Below are positions 39,851-54,011 of a DNA stretch of 64,000 bases, one piece after another (the stretch's first letter is position 1; each line of letters begins with the position of its first letter). The stretch comes from Octopus vulgaris (Eukaryota). Where the stretch lies: NCBI GenBank assembly GCA_951406725.2, contig OX597817.1, forward strand, positions 92,566,001 through 92,630,000, in the 5' to 3' direction. The notes below the pieces were generated by a model. It was not told the origin of the DNA, searched no databases, and saw only the letters and a program-made list of their open reading frames with translations. Both the position numbers and the translations under genes were made by a program.

Positions 39851-41157
39851 AGATGTATGCATATATTATGCATATGATGAAATGTCATAAGGGAAGGTAG
39901 CAAGCTTACATGTACCTAATACAAACACACACAGATCAAAGAATGTATTATGCATTTAATTATGTTCCATTGTTTGATTAAATTAGGTAGAAGGAATTGG
40001 TTAACATATGTTCAGTTTTAAATTTTAGACTTTTTATTTAAATAATCATTTGAAGTCTTAAGTGGATTTAAAATAATAAAAAAGAACAACATTTAGGCTC
40101 TAAATATTATAACCATCAGAGTACAATTTGGTTTAGTATATTGCAAAAATGTTAAAAGATTTTAGTTTCTTTCTATTTCAATCTCCATATGTAACTTGAA
40201 AGAGCTAGGGCATTCAACCTTTCTTCATTTCAGTAAATGTAGCTTGAAAGAGCTAGGGTATTTGGCCTGCCTTCATTTCAGAAAAATGAAGCATGGTTGT
40301 GGTAGTAACATTTGAAATTTCTCTCATCCATTCTTATGTACTGTTTTGTAGGGAAGAAACAATTACTATCATTGACAATATTTGCTTTAGTAGAATAAGC
40401 TGTTGCTTTTCTGTTGCAGATCTATGATGGAGGTGTAACTTTTTTTGTATGTGCACCCTGTATCATCTTTCTTAAAATTAGTAGGATTTTAAATAAGATA
40501 TTTTTAATGTTGTTATGCTACTGTAGATAACTTTGATTGCATCATGATTGAATAACTGAATTTGACAGCATTCTGAAACATAAAGAATACTTAAATAGAA
40601 TTGTGATTTGAGAGAAAACTTCTATTGAAAGTACATTGATTTAAGGAATGCTCTATTTAGTACACGTTAAAGTCATAGAAAACAGTGATATTTCTTTACT
40701 ATGTATCATGTATTAATTTTACACATTTTTTGAGTACTCTCATTTTCATTTGTGAAACAACTTAATAATTGTTATAGCACATACTCACAAACACAGACAT
40801 ATGCACATACACACATACAGCAGGATTCAGTACAGTTGCTGTCAACTCAATTTTATTCACAAGGCATCGATCAACGGAAGGCTATGTGAGAAATTATTTG
40901 TCCAAAGCTAAATAAAATATGCATAATTTCACTCATTTATATTATCATTCTTACAAACATTTGCTAAAGTACTAATCAAAAGAATTGATAATTGTAAAAG
41001 AGAAATCTATAAATATACTACATAATATTTCTATAAATCTCCAATAATATTTAACTATAAAATCTGTGAAATCCTAAATGAAAACATTGGTTAGGTACTT
41101 TCATTTTTGCATCGTAACTTTTCACAAGTTCTATTCCAAGAATTTTATTTCCTGCAG

Positions 41158-41315
41158 CACTGTTCTCCAAAGATGATCAACCAGTTTTGAATGTGAGTAC
41201 ACCACCAACTGAAAAAAGTTCCACACCTATAAAATTTGCCAACACCTATTGGAACTATGATGCATCTTCATTTCTAATGGCATCAGGTCCACTTAGTGAA
41301 GCTGTAATTGTCAGG
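41158..41315 (+). CDS. ADAMTS-family exon G: spacer
   Basis: cctgcag|CA...AGG|gtcagt. Translates (S)LFSKDDQPVLNVSTPPTEKSSTPIKFANTYWNYDASSFLMASGPLSEAVIVR, resembling the spacer xAGTxxxY and GPLxxxL motifs. Phase 1 to 0. Confidence 0.85.
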
Positions 41316-42837
41316 GTCAGTATTTTAATTCTGCATGTCACATTCATATCTTTTCAAAGATGCCACATTATTTCTACTGTCTTGAGGTATTTGTTTCTTG
41401 CACTCTTCTTACAAATAGATCCCTCATGTCTGGCATTCTCACTTGTCCAAAATTATTATCATTCTTACATAACAATAAAGGTTGTTTTTGTCACCAAATT
41501 TAATTCTAAAAGCTGCATAGGTATTAGACAGCAAGGACCAATTGTATGTCAGCTCGAGTTCTATAAGCACCATACTTTTTTAAGAAAATATAATTCGACA
41601 TTTAAAAAGAAATGAAATCGATGTGTTGAGAAGTTATGATCATGTTGGGTGTCTTTCACTGAAGATAAGGCTACTTCACTGAAGATAGTACCCCATGTTT
41701 TGGTTAAATGCTCAATAGCAGTTACTAATGGTTTAAGCTAATTGTAAAACTTTGACAGTTTAGCCATGTGGTAGCCCAGCCATGCTACAGTGAAGTCTCT
41801 GCCAAGATTTATTTTTGAAGGGAACCCGTGGAAGAGGTAGACCCAGAAAAACCTGGGACGAGGTGGTGAAGCACGACCTTCGAACGTTAGGTCTCACCAT
41901 GGAAATGACTAGAGACCGAGACCTATGGAAGTATGCTGTGCGTGAGAAGACCCGGCAAGACTAGTGAAGCCATAACCTGTGGCCCCTACCTGGGACGTAG
42001 TCAGTCCACCTGTGCATATATTATTCTTGGTATATTATTCTTGTTCTATATGTCTGCAGAAGTTCTGTTGTTTATCTATGCTACTTGCTTGTTAAACTTA
42101 TCATTTCTTTCCAGAAGTATATTTCACAAAACAAATACACACTTCCTATATATCCTCCTCATCCTCCTCCTCCTCATCATTAGCATTTAATGTCCATTTT
42201 CGTTAGATTGGCATAGGTTGCATGGGTTGGCATAGGTTGCATGGTACTGCTCACCTAGGTGGGTTGGAAAATCACGTTTTCTTTGTGTTTTACATTTTGG
42301 GTTGATTTTATGATTGGATGCCTTTACTAACACCAATTACTTCACAGTGTAAACAGGGTGTTTCTTTTTCCTTGCACCAGAATGAGAGAAGTAGCTCTAT
42401 CCTTAACACAACTAAAGGTATTACCTGACCTCATGTCCCTTTTTGTTCAACAAGCCCTTTAAAAAGTGAGGGACATGAATGATAGTGATAAAAGGGATGT
42501 GATGGTGGAACTCAGTGTTCTGGGACAGGTATGTATACTTTTCTACTCCAGACCTGAAATTTCTGGGGAGGGGGCCAGTTGGCCCCAAAATGCAGCTACT
42601 ACTTAATTTATTGACCCCAAAAAGATGAAATACAAAGTAACCTTGGCGGAATTTGAACTCAGAACATAAAGACAGATGAAATAACGCTAAGCATTTCACC
42701 TGGTGTGCTAACCTTTCTACCAGCTTGCCGCCTTGGTGGTATGTATAGTCACAGCAATGTAACTAAGAAGATAAATCAAGCTTCCTAACCACACAGCCAT
42801 GTCTGCATATATATATATATATATATAAATATATATA

Positions 42838-43620
42838 TCATCATCATCATCATCATCATCATCATCTTCGTTTAACATCTGCTTTCCATACTGGCATAGG
42901 CTGGATGGTTTGACTGAAAACTGGTAAGCTGAGGGGTCTGCACCAGGTTCCAATCTGATTTGGAAAGGTTTCTATGGCTGGATGCCCTTCCTAATGCCAA
43001 CCACTCTGAGAGTGTAGTGGGTGCTTTTTACATGCCACTGGTATGAGTGCATTGATCTGTGACTGGCATTAGCCATGACTATGGTCTTACTTGGTTTGAC
43101 AGGTCAACACAAGTATGGTATATCGCCAAGGGTCTTGGTCACCTGTCACTGCCTCCATGAGGCCCAATGCTTGAATGTTCCTTTTTACATGCCACTAGCA
43201 CAGGTGCCAGTCAGACAGCACTGGCATCGGCCACAACTACAATTTCATTCAGTTCAGCAGGTCTTCATAAGCACAGCATATCACCCAATGATTGAAGGGT
43301 ATTTTTAATGGGCCAGTTACGTGACACTGGCATCAGCCATGGCTATGATCTCACTCGGCTTGATGTCACTGCCTCCATGAGTTCCAATGCATGAACGGTG
43401 CTTTTTCATACCACCAGCATGGGTACTAGTCAGACAGCACTGGCATTGGCCACAACTATGATCTCATTTGGCTTGATCGGTTTTCTCGAGCATAGAAAAT
43501 CTCCAATGGTCTCAGTCACTTGTTATTGCCTCTGTGAGACCAAACATTCAAAGATCATGCTTCACTACCTTATTCCATGTCTTCCTGGGTCTACCTCTTC
43601 CACAGGTCCCCTCCACCATT
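42838..43620 (-). mobile_element. RTE 3' end fragment(s)
   Basis: (cat)n, gctggatgcccttcctaatgccaacc UTR motif, and a GRGRPRKTW remnant at about 43570-43605. Similar fragments at 9380-9525, 41820-42015, 44335-44720, 48405-48540 and 53050-53950. Confidence 0.8.
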
Positions 43621-43687
43621 AGAATGCAACACACACATACATATATATCTATCTATATACATACATATATATATACATATACATCTC

Positions 43688-44305
43688 CGACTATCTATCT
43701 GAGGCTTTATATAGCTATGGTGCTATATAAATTTGCATCACCAGTTTGGAACCCCTATCTTTCCAAGGATATTAATCATCTGGAAACCATTCAGCGACAT
43801 GCAACCAAGAGAATACCCTCCATCAAGCATTTGCCATATTCTGAACGCCTCACTTCCCTGGGCATGGACACATTGAAACTCCGATGTCTGGCAGCTGACT
43901 TGGCAGACAGTCATAACATTATTAACCATCTTACTAACAATAACTCTGAGCTCCTTTTCAAACTCCCCTTGTCTAACACCCGTGGACATGTTTACAAAGT
44001 CAGAAAACTGCATAGCTCCCATGACTTTTGTAAACACTTTTTCACGCTAAGAGTTGCTGAAGTATGGAACAAACTGCTGGCATCAGTTGTAAGTTGTTGG
44101 AGCACTGCATCCTTCAAAACTTCCATGCTTCCTGAGATTCGCCAACACTACACCTGATTTTCTCCCCTCCGTACACATGCAAGCATGTATCTGACTCATA
44201 CACTGTTCATTTTCCAGACATTTGTACATTACTGCATATGCTTTATACACACTTTTGACAAGTTGTGGTGCATCTGAGCACTGTATACAATAATTTCATT
44301 ATATT
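43688..44305 (+). mobile_element. 3' end of a CR1-group LINE
   Basis: FASPVWNPYLSKDINHLETIQRHATKRI...YSERL...TRGHVYK...FFTLRVAEVWNKL, short 3' UTR and (att)n. Confidence 0.9.
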
Positions 44306-44785
44306 ATACATACATACATATATATATATATATCATCATCATCATCATTTTCATAATTTAGCATCCGCTTTCCATGGGGTCTTGGAGGCCAGAAGGCTAC
44401 ACCAGGCCCAGTCTTATCTGGCAATGTTTCTACAGCTGGATGCCCTTCCTAATGCCAACCACTCCGTCGGTGTAGTGGGTGCTTTTTACGTGCCACCGGC
44501 ACGGGGGCCAGGCGAGGCTGGCAACGGCCACGATCAGATGGTGCTTTTTATGTGCCACCAGCACGGGGGCCAGGCGAGGCTGGCAATGGCCATGATCGGA
44601 TGGTGCTTTTTATGTGCCACCGGCACGGGGGCCCGTCGTGGCAGTGCTGGCAATGGCTACGTTCGGATGTTTCGCTTACGTGCCACCAGTACCGGTATCA
44701 CAGCTGCTTACATGCCACCACCACTAGTATCACAGCTTATATATATATATATATATATATACATATACACACACATATATATATA

Positions 44786-44893
<108 letters not shown>

Positions 44894-44928
44894 ATATACA
44901 CACATATACATACATACATATATATATA

Positions 44929-45299
44929 CAGGATGATTCAAAAGTCACCATACATAAGAACAATTTATCTTTTTATAAGAAACAGTTTATGAGAACAGTT
45001 TTTTTTTATTTAACAGGCTCTATATGGTTACCATTGTTTTGAATACACATTGCAATACATTTAACCCACTCATTGAGAACTTGTAATAGCACATCTGGTG
45101 ATACGTGTGCAAATGAGTTGGTGATGCGTTCCTTCAAATGATTTATGTCTTTTATCTTTCCACAATACACCTAGCTTTTCAAATGCCCCAAAAGATAGAA
45201 ATCATGAGGGGTCAGATCAGGGGATTTAGGGGATCTTACAAACTGTCTCTTATAAACAAATAAATTTTTCCTATCTATGGAGACATTTGAATCACCCTG
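44929..45299 (-). mobile_element. Tc1/mariner (rosa-like) deletion derivative with about 55-bp TIRs
   Basis: TIRs caggatgattcaaaagtc... and ...gacatttgaatcaccctg. C-terminal remnant SPDLTPHDFYLLGHLKS.VY...[12 protein letters not shown] context. Confidence 0.8.
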
Positions 45300-45595
45300 T
45301 GTATATATTTATAAATATATATATATGAATCACGATTAATATGGTTACCTTATAGTTGATCTTTCTATAGATTGGTAACTAACCATTATTTTCATTGGAT
45401 TTATGATCCCTTAATGAGGTTTATTACTTTTACTTGATATATATATATATATATATATAGTAGCTGGTTTTAGATCTCTTTCAAAGATTTAAAGCCAGCT
45501 ACTTTAGCTTGTTGTAAGATCAGCAATTGATAGTCACTTCTTTGTTTATATATTGCAAGCAAGGGCAAATGCTGCTATCTCTAGCAGGCAAACAT

Positions 45596-45638
45596 CCAGT
45601 ACTGAGGATGGGAAGGAACCCAGAAGCTGGTCTATTGG
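45596..45638 (+). ncRNA. Compact minimal hammerhead-like motif (one core change, GAAG)
   Basis: CCAGTA-CTGAGGA-TGGG(AAGGAA)CCCA-GAAG-C-TG-GTC-TATTGG: 6-bp stem I, 4-bp stem II, GUC triplet. Confidence 0.65.
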
Positions 45639-45784
45639 CTTTGCTTTGCTGGAGTGGGAGTGGTTCACTCCCTTGCTCACAATAAAACAGACACAATATA
45701 TATATATACGTAATCAAAGATCCAGAATCAGGTATTCAAGAACAGTCAGAAGGATGAGGACAGTCCATGTGAGCAAGTAGTAAA

Positions 45785-46490
45785 TAGTCAATTCAAATAA
45801 AAAACAAGAAAAGAAAGACAACGAATGTGAGGATGTGCACAATAAATATATTAGCTTAACACTCGGTGAAAGGAGAGAGTTTAACATTTTGAGCATAGCT
45901 TTACATCAGAAGAGAGAAAACGAAAAGTTCAAGGAAGGAGCAGAAGAAATCACCAACATTGCAATGTAAATACACATAGTCTGTGGGCGATTTCTTCTTT
46001 TTCTCCTTCTTTGGACATTTGCCTCTCTCTTTCCAATGAAGAGCTATGCCCGAAATGTTAAACTCTCTCCTTTCACCAAGCATCAAGCTAATATACTTGT
46101 GCACATCCCCATGTTTGTTGTTTTTCTTTTCTCCTTTTTTATTTGAATTGTTTGTTTACTTGAATTGGCTATTGAAAGTGAGCATGAGTTCTGCATGGTG
46201 GAGAAGTGTGGAGGTGCTGGGTGTGGGGTCGGGTGATAGTCAAAAAAGTATTGGAGGGCTAAAAGGCCCACATTATGGGGGATCATAGTGTACAGCGATT
46301 TTATAACTACACATGGTCCATTGGTGATTTCTTCTCCTTCTTTGGACTTTTCTCTCTCTCCTTTCCAATGAAGAGCTATGCTTGAAATGTTAAGCTCTTC
46401 CCTTTCACCAAGCATTAAGCAAATATACTTCTTGTGCACATCCTCACATTTTTTGTTTTTCTTTACTCCTTTTTTATTTGAATTGACTAT
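45785..46490. mobile_element. Three PLE terminal-repeat-like units (one inverted, two direct), each with a decayed hammerhead motif
   Basis: About 45786-45955 is inverted relative to about 45985-46150 and 46320-46490. Consensus c(t/c)gatga-a-gagc-tat-gctc-gaaa-cgtta. Confidence 0.7.
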
Positions 46491-46534
46491 GTATGTATGT
46501 ATGTATGTATATCTGTCTGTCTGTATGTACGTAT

Positions 46535-48285
46535 CATCGTTGTTGTCATTATTTTCGTTTAACGTCCGCTTTCCATGCTGGCATGGGTTGGACGGTTTGA
46601 CTGAGGACTGGTGAGCCAGAAGGCTGCACCAGACTCCGATCTGATCTGGCAAAGTTTCTTCAGCTGGATACCCTTCCTGACGCCAACCACTCCGAGAATG
46701 TAGGGGGTGTGGTTACGTGCCACCGGCATGAGGGCCAGTTAGGCCGTACTGGCAACGACTGTGCTCAAAAGGTGTTTTTTTTATGTGCTATCTGCATGGG
46801 AGCCAGTCCAGCTGCACTGGCAATGACCACACTCAAATGTTGTCTTTTACATGCCACCGGCACATGTGCCAGTAAGGCGACACGGAAGTAAATTCAAGTT
46901 GAATGGTGCTCTTTACATGTCACCGGAATGGGAGCCAGTCAGTGGCCCTGGCAATGGTCACGCTCAGATGGTGCTTTTAACATTCCACTGGCATGAGTGC
47001 CAATCAGGAGATACTGTCATTGGCCACGTCAGCGATTTTGATTTTGATTTCACTTGCCTCAACAGGTCTTCGCAAGCAAAGTTTACTATCCAATGAATGA
47101 TGGGTACTTATAAGTGGGCTGATTATACACCACTGGCATGCACCACAGTTATGGTCTCATTTGGCTTGTTGGGTCTTCTCAAGCACAGCGTATCTCCAAA
47201 GGTCTCGGTCACTACTCATTGTCTCAGTGAGGCCAAATGTTCGAAGGTTATGCTTCACCACCTCATCCCAGGTCTTCCTGTGTCTACCTCTTCCACAGAT
47301 TCCCACAACTGCTAGGGTGTGACACTTTTTCACACAACTGTCCTCATCCATGTGTACGAACAGCATGGCTGTTCGTACACATGTGTCATACAGACTACCT
47401 TTTACTCTGAGTGAGAGATCCTTTGTCACCAGCAGAGGTAGGAGCTCTCTGAACTTTGCCCAGGCTATTCTTATTCTAGCAGCTACACTTTCAGAGCATC
47501 CACCCCTGCTACTGACTTGGTCACCCAGGTAAAGGAAGCTATCAACTACTTGTAGTTTTTCTCCCTGGAGTGTGACAGAAGCTGTTCTCTGCAGATTTTC
47601 AGCGTTTATTGCTCCTGAGCATCTTCCACATACAAAACTATCTTCCCAGTTAGCCTTGGTTTGATATTGCTGCACCTCTTATGTGTCCATAGCTTTCACT
47701 GGGTACATCTTATGGAGTTTCTACCTACGCCTTTTCTACAGATCGAGCAGGGCCATCTATCTGAAGGGATTTGTAGTTTGTCTGCCTTCCTGCTTATTAA
47801 GACTTTGGTTTTAGCTAATTTGACTCTTAGGCCTTTCGATTCTAATCCTTGCTTCCACACCTTTTCCTCAAGTTCTGGTAGAGACTCAGCAATTAGAGCA
47901 AGATCATCAGTATAGAGATGCTCCCAGGGGCATCCTGTCTTGAATTCTTCTGTTATTGCCTAGAGGACTATGATGAATAAGAGGGGGCTGAGGACTGATT
48001 CTTGGTGGACCACTATTGCTACCCAGAATTCTTCACTGTACTCATTGCCAACCCTCACCTTACTGACAGCGTCCCTGTACAGGGCTTGCACAGCTCTCAC
48101 TAACCATTCATCTATTCCTAGTCTTCTCGTTGACCCTCAGATAAGGGATCGGGGGACCCTGTCAAAGGCTTTCTCCATGTCAACAAAAGCCAGGTACCGA
48201 GGTTTATCTTTGGCTAGGTATTTCTCTTGCAGCTGTCTTGCCAGAAATATAGCATCAGTGGTACTTTTCCCTGGCACAAACCCAA

Positions 48286-48286
<1 letters not shown>
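46535..48286 (-). mobile_element. 5'-truncated RTE-clade LINE (RT, PHD-like insert, 3' UTR with about 62-bp tandem repeats)
   Basis: FGFVPGKSTTDAIFLARQLQEK...AFVDMEKAFDRVPR; HQ.SVLSPLLF; LYTDDL; FLYLGD; GRGRHRKTW. Confidence 0.92.
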
Positions 48287-48334
<48 letters not shown>

Positions 48335-48949
48335 TGCATTTATGTATGTATATACATATATATGTGTGTGTACACACACACATACACACACACATATAAT
48401 CATTTTCATCATCATTTTAACATCCACTTTTCCATACTTCGTGGGGTTGCCAAAACTATACTGAAGCAGAGTTTTCTACAGCTGGATGTCTTTCCTGATA
48501 CAAATCCTCACTTGTTTCCAAGCAAGGTAATTATCTTCCAGTGTTGAAGAATAAACAGCTCAGACCTGGTTATGTGGAGAGCTGGAAGCAAACAATGCTA
48601 TTTGAATGAACCTTTTTTTTACAAAGATTAATAAGCTTGATATGCTTTTTTGGTGTACATACATAAATACATAACTCAAAGTGACCAAGTCATGTATTTG
48701 GTATGGAAGATTATTTATCAAAAATACAATGAATACTATCTCTAACTTTAGTGCCACAAGTATCAGCTCTGTTAGATAGCTTGTTAATCTTCAGATGAAT
48801 TAACTGGGGGAGACTTTTATTCACAATCATAGTGATTTTCAACTGCAACTTGAATTTACCATGCAGAGAGTTACTACAAACAACATGGCTGGACACACCA
48901 ACGACAGCACAACTGAGGAACAAATTGAAAACAACAGCTGAACAGGTAA

Positions 48950-51900
48950 ACAGATTCTTTCTAACTGTAGTTATAGAAGAAACCATAATTACAAAACTCA
49001 TTCTTCTTGGAGTTATGAATTGAATACTGATTTATTTGGCTGTTACAAAAAAGTGACACAAAAACCCTGCTGTGGGCTATATATAGATCGATTGAAATCA
49101 TATTGGAATGATCTACATCCAGATTTAAATAATTTTACTGCAAAGTGATTATGCCAACAAACAACATTTGAGGGACATAAGAAGGAAGTTAGTGACTGTA
49201 ACTTTATTAAAAAAAGATCTGAAATTAACTTTCTTCCCACACTATAAGTGAAAATGAAAATGTGAATGATGTGAGAACTCCATGTGGTTTTGCAGTTAGT
49301 GACATTCCAACAGATTCTATCAGTCCTGCCAGCCAAACTACATTACTGGCTAAAGTAACTTATCACTGTCTCCCTACTTTGACTATGGTAAATAACAGGC
49401 ACAGCCGCAACAATTATTGTAGTAATAGTTATAGTAGTCAGGATTATATATTGGTTAAATGTGCCCTTACTGAAGTTTTCAACAAAAAAAAAAAGAGCTT
49501 TGGCTTTGAAGCACTCTCTCGACGAGAGGGTATTCTCTACCAAAGTAAGTAAAAAAACCACCAGGTACGGTAGTAAAAGCTGTTAACGAAATTGGAGATA
49601 AGTATTTACTGCAGTGTAATGAACCCTCATTATGGCAGATTAATGCCTATCTATATACCCTGTCTACTAATGCAAAGCAGTACATGAGTAATATTCAGGA
49701 AGTGAAGGTGGCGAGCTGGCAGAAACGTTAATATGCCAGGCAAAATGCTTAGGAGTATTTCGTCCGTCTTTATGTTCTGAGTTCAAATCCTGCCAAGGTC
49801 AACTTTGCCTTTCATCCTTTTGGGGTCGATAAATTAAGTACCAGTTGTGTACTGGAGTCAATCTAATCAACTGGCTACCTCCCCGCAAAATTTCGAGCCT
49901 GGTACCTAGAACAGAAAAGAATATTCAGGAAGTGAACAAAACCAAAACAACAAAGAAAGTACCATCATGGGTTTTGAAGACAGAGAAAAAGATAGCTGAT
50001 TTACGGAAGGCCATCAGTCGTGTGATGATGTTTATTGCATGCAAACAAGCAAATCACTATACGTCTCATCAACAAAAAGTGAAGAATGAGATAGAAGTGG
50101 TGTTTGGAGACAGCAAAACGAGGACACAAGGACACTCAATTGCAAATTGATCACCCTTAAGCAGGATCTAAAGGCTGCCAGTGAGAAACTCAGACTGAAA
50201 GAAAAGCAATAAACAAGAAATCTAACCAGAACCAGGTAGCAGTATACAGGGACATGAGAGGATGTAATCAAGTAATTGTTAACCAACAAAACTATAATGT
50301 CAGAGGTGCAGGATCATAGAAGGAACCTAGTTTCCATGTGTCTAGACTATAAGAAAGCCATTAACTTTGTTCCCCACTTATGGATGCTAGAAGCCCTTCA
50401 ACTTGCTAAAGATCTAGTGAACATTGTCAAAGCCATAGATGACCTGACTTCATTGAAGGCCACCATCTTGAAATTAAACACAAGGAGTGACTGTATTATC
50501 ACTAATAGAATACAGTTTCAGAGAGGCATATTCCTCTCTGTGATGTTATTTATACTTTCTGTAAACACTTAGTCAAGTGCATGCAGGAGATGAAAAAGAG
50601 CTTTGGCCTAGTTACAACATTTTCAAAGAATACAGGGTTGGAGTTTGACCAGGTTAAATGTTGCTCTATGTTTATGAAAAGAGGGAAAACTGTAAACCAG
50701 ACTAGCAACTTCTCCATCGATAACTTAACTGTTTCCCCTATATCTAATGAGGAATGTTACAGGTGTCTTGGGGTGGATGAAAACATATGTTACAATGACA
50801 CCTGTAACAAAACATGTGCCACTATAATATAACAGTCAAATAAAGAAAATTTGGACCTTGAAACTCAATTCATTCAATTAAACAGTGGCCCACAATGTGT
50901 TTGCAGTGTCAGCACTCACACCAACATTTGGGCTGCTTGATTGGACACTGGATGAGATCTGAGCCATTGATGAGAAAACCAGGAAGATACTAACAAGCAC
51001 ACATAATTTTCACATCAACAGTGATGTAGACCGTCTCTTCCTAAAACAAAAACAAGGCAGAAGTCTAACATCAATCCAAACTGCCTTTGAATGTCATGTC
51101 ATATCCTTTCAGTAACATCTTTTAACAACTCAGTGTCAAATTGCATCCCTTAACCAAGTGTGCATACATGTGACTGATAATATCATAAGACTTGGCAGGC
51201 AGCTCCTTTAGCAGTGTTCCTTGTCTGAAAACCTTAAATACATGCCAAAAGAAGTTACATGACTCTACCACAGCATATCATCAGATGAAAGGATGAGCAT
51301 GTATGAGCAGAAGACCATACATAGATAAGTTAGTAGAAAGCTCTGAGATGATAGTAACATTGATCATCATCAAAACAGTCTATCATGGACCAACAACTGG
51401 ATTACTACCTCCCACTTTGAAGAGTATGTGTTTGCAATCCAGGGACAGGTAATATTAACCAAATACCAAATACACAAAAGGGACAGAGATGAAGGAAATG
51501 CAGTAAAATATGACAACTGATGCAGACTTTGTGGAGTTATCACCAAAGATATCTCCCACATCAGAAGCAGTTGTCCGGAAATGTCATCACGGTATTATCT
51601 GCCGAGACATGATCTTGTAGCTAGGACATTGTATAATGAGGTCCATTGAAAGGATAACCTTGAGAACAAAGAAACAAGAACATACAGTGCGGTGGAAGCC
51701 AAAACCACTCACAATAAAATGGAGTACTGGTGGAATGTCTCAGTGAAAACCTCAATAAAATGTAAACACAATAGACCTGATATGAGAAGAGAAACTGTGT
51801 ACAATTGTGGAAATCAGCTGCCTAGTAAATGTTAACATAAAGCTGAAAACCAGCGAAAAAGAGAATACCTATGCTGAACTATTGATAAATCTGCAGCTAC

Positions 51901-52180
51901 TCTAACCAGATTATATGTCCAGGTTATACCTGTAATTTTGGGGGCACTGGGATATGTATTGCACTGCATAAATACCAATCTTAAAGAATTAAGTTTCTCA
52001 AAACCAGAAAGGAGAAAGCTGATTCAAAGACTACAGATACAATCCGTCACTGGAACACTGTAAAAATCTGTAAAACTTTCCAGAAGTTTATCATTTAAGT
52101 ATATATGAGCATGTCCAGATATGCAACTATATATGCTCGAGAAGACATACATAAAACAAAACATACAAATCTGCACGTAT
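48950..52180 (+). mobile_element. Long, heavily decayed RLE-type (R4/NeSL-like) LINE
   Basis: PSWVLKTEKKIADLRK; CLDYKKAINFVPHLW; RGIF; GLEFDQVKC; FHINSDVDRL; CRLCG...SHIRSSCP...RHD; HNRPD. Contains a SINE B copy at 49705-49922. Confidence 0.8.
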
Positions 52181-53971
52181 ACATACATACATACATACAT
52201 ACATACATACATACATACATACATACATACACACATACATACATACATACATACATACATACACACATAGAGACAGATAGACAGACATACATACATACAG
52301 ATTTAATGTGAACATACAGCTCTTGTACCCTGATCTTGAATTCTCATAGGTGCATAGGTGAATTATGTACCAAAGAATTTTCACAAAAACCTAGGAATAC
52401 TGTTTCATTGAGAAAGAAGAAAAGAAACTGACACAGAGTCTCCAAATCCAATCTATTAGTGGCACTGTGAAGATCTGTAAGACATATCATATGTGAACAG
52501 ATGCTCACACATGGCTGTATGTATCAACAGTTCAACCTACACTCCAACTCAACAACATATTTACAAACACTGGGAACTCTTTTAACTCAAAATGTCTTGT
52601 TGCTTTGTTAGCAACCAGCTTGAACTCTTTCAAGAACTTAAATTAAGCTCAAAGAAAAATCATACATTCATGAGAATCTCTTTCTCAATCTCAGGTATAT
52701 CCATCACCTGAAGCATTTGAAGATCAGTCTCATTTGTGAGCAGCACAGGTGTGGCCTTTCAGGCCAGCAAATGATCTACTTTCAGTAAGAAATGGGTTAC
52801 CATAAAAGACATTTGTAAATCATGGGATTATTGTAATAACTGCTTGTCCAACTCACTTTGGCCTGTCACCAGGCCAAAGCAAGATGGCCAGTAATCACAT
52901 GAAACCACAGATTTTACATCAGCATGTCCCTTTCCTAGAAGGATGCTGTGACAACATCTAGTGGTCCCTCATTCATAGTGGGTTTTAATGCATGCCTTGA
53001 CACCAGCCAAGGGTACTTCTGCTTGCCCGTGCTTAGACATAATGTTGTCACATGTGCTTGTATGGCCATGTCATATTTATGGATGAGAACAGCTTCATAA
53101 AGAAGTGTAATTCTTTAAATGTGGAGGGAACTGGTGGAAGAGGAAGATCCAGGAAGACGTGGGATGAAGTGATGAGAAATGATATTCAGATGTTGAGCTT
53201 ACATAGAGATGCCAAAGACCAAGATAACTGGGGATTTGCTGTGCTTGAGAAGACCCACCCAGCAAAGTAAAATCCCTGTCCATATCCCTTATACCCTGCA
53301 TCCCGCCCACGCACACTACTGCTGTTTCTCTCTCCCACTCCCTCTCTTCTCCAGTATCCTTCACATACCTTCTTGCACATAATTATGTCTTTGTTAAATC
53401 CCTTCTCTACAACATAGCCCCTCACTCTGCTAGTGCCCACTCTTTACATCAACCCCACTGCTAACTCCCACTCTCCTATCAAAATCCTGTGAACTCACCC
53501 AACCACTCACCTTCTGCAATTCCTTGGTCCACTTCCCTATACACACTTCCTTGTAAATTGGCTGTATTACCTCTGCTTCCTCATTTCTTCTTCACTATCT
53601 TTCTCTACAAGCTGCCTATCCCTTTGAGGTAGTTATGTTTTTCTTCTAATGTAAGACACTGTTTCTCTTCCTCAGTAATACTCTCCTACCACCACCACAC
53701 CCTGCAGTTGAGGGCTCTTGTCCAGCAAGTTACATGGTGATCTTACTGCTGCTGGTGCCTTGTAAAAAGCACCCAGTAGACTCTGTAAAGTGATTGATGA
53801 TACGAAGGACATCAAGCTGTAGAAAACCATGCCAAAACAAACAGTAGAGCATGGTGCAGTCTTCTGACTTGTCAGTTGCTCTCAAACCATCCTACACATG
53901 CTAGCATGGAAAACAGACATTAAATGATGAAGATGATGATGATGATGATGAGGAAGATATATATCCCTCCT

Positions 53972-54008
<37 letters not shown>

Positions 54009-54011
<3 letters not shown>

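Noticed and set aside
44478-44700. Regular GC-rich repeats of about 62 bp suggesting a CRISPR array (also 46715-47030)
   Set aside because: No unique spacers, no cas genes, eukaryotic context. They are tandem repeats in the RTE 3' UTR.
47696-47698. TGA at a conserved Cys position as possible selenocysteine
   Set aside because: The copy has other stops and frameshifts, so a point mutation is simpler. No SECIS seen.
52695-52739. Possible phase-0 exon after exon G (ctcag|GTATATCCA...; VYPSPEAFEDQSHL*)
   Set aside because: It stops after 14 codons and lacks the spacer motif, whereas 62382-62448 fits the domain. An alternative terminal exon cannot be fully excluded.
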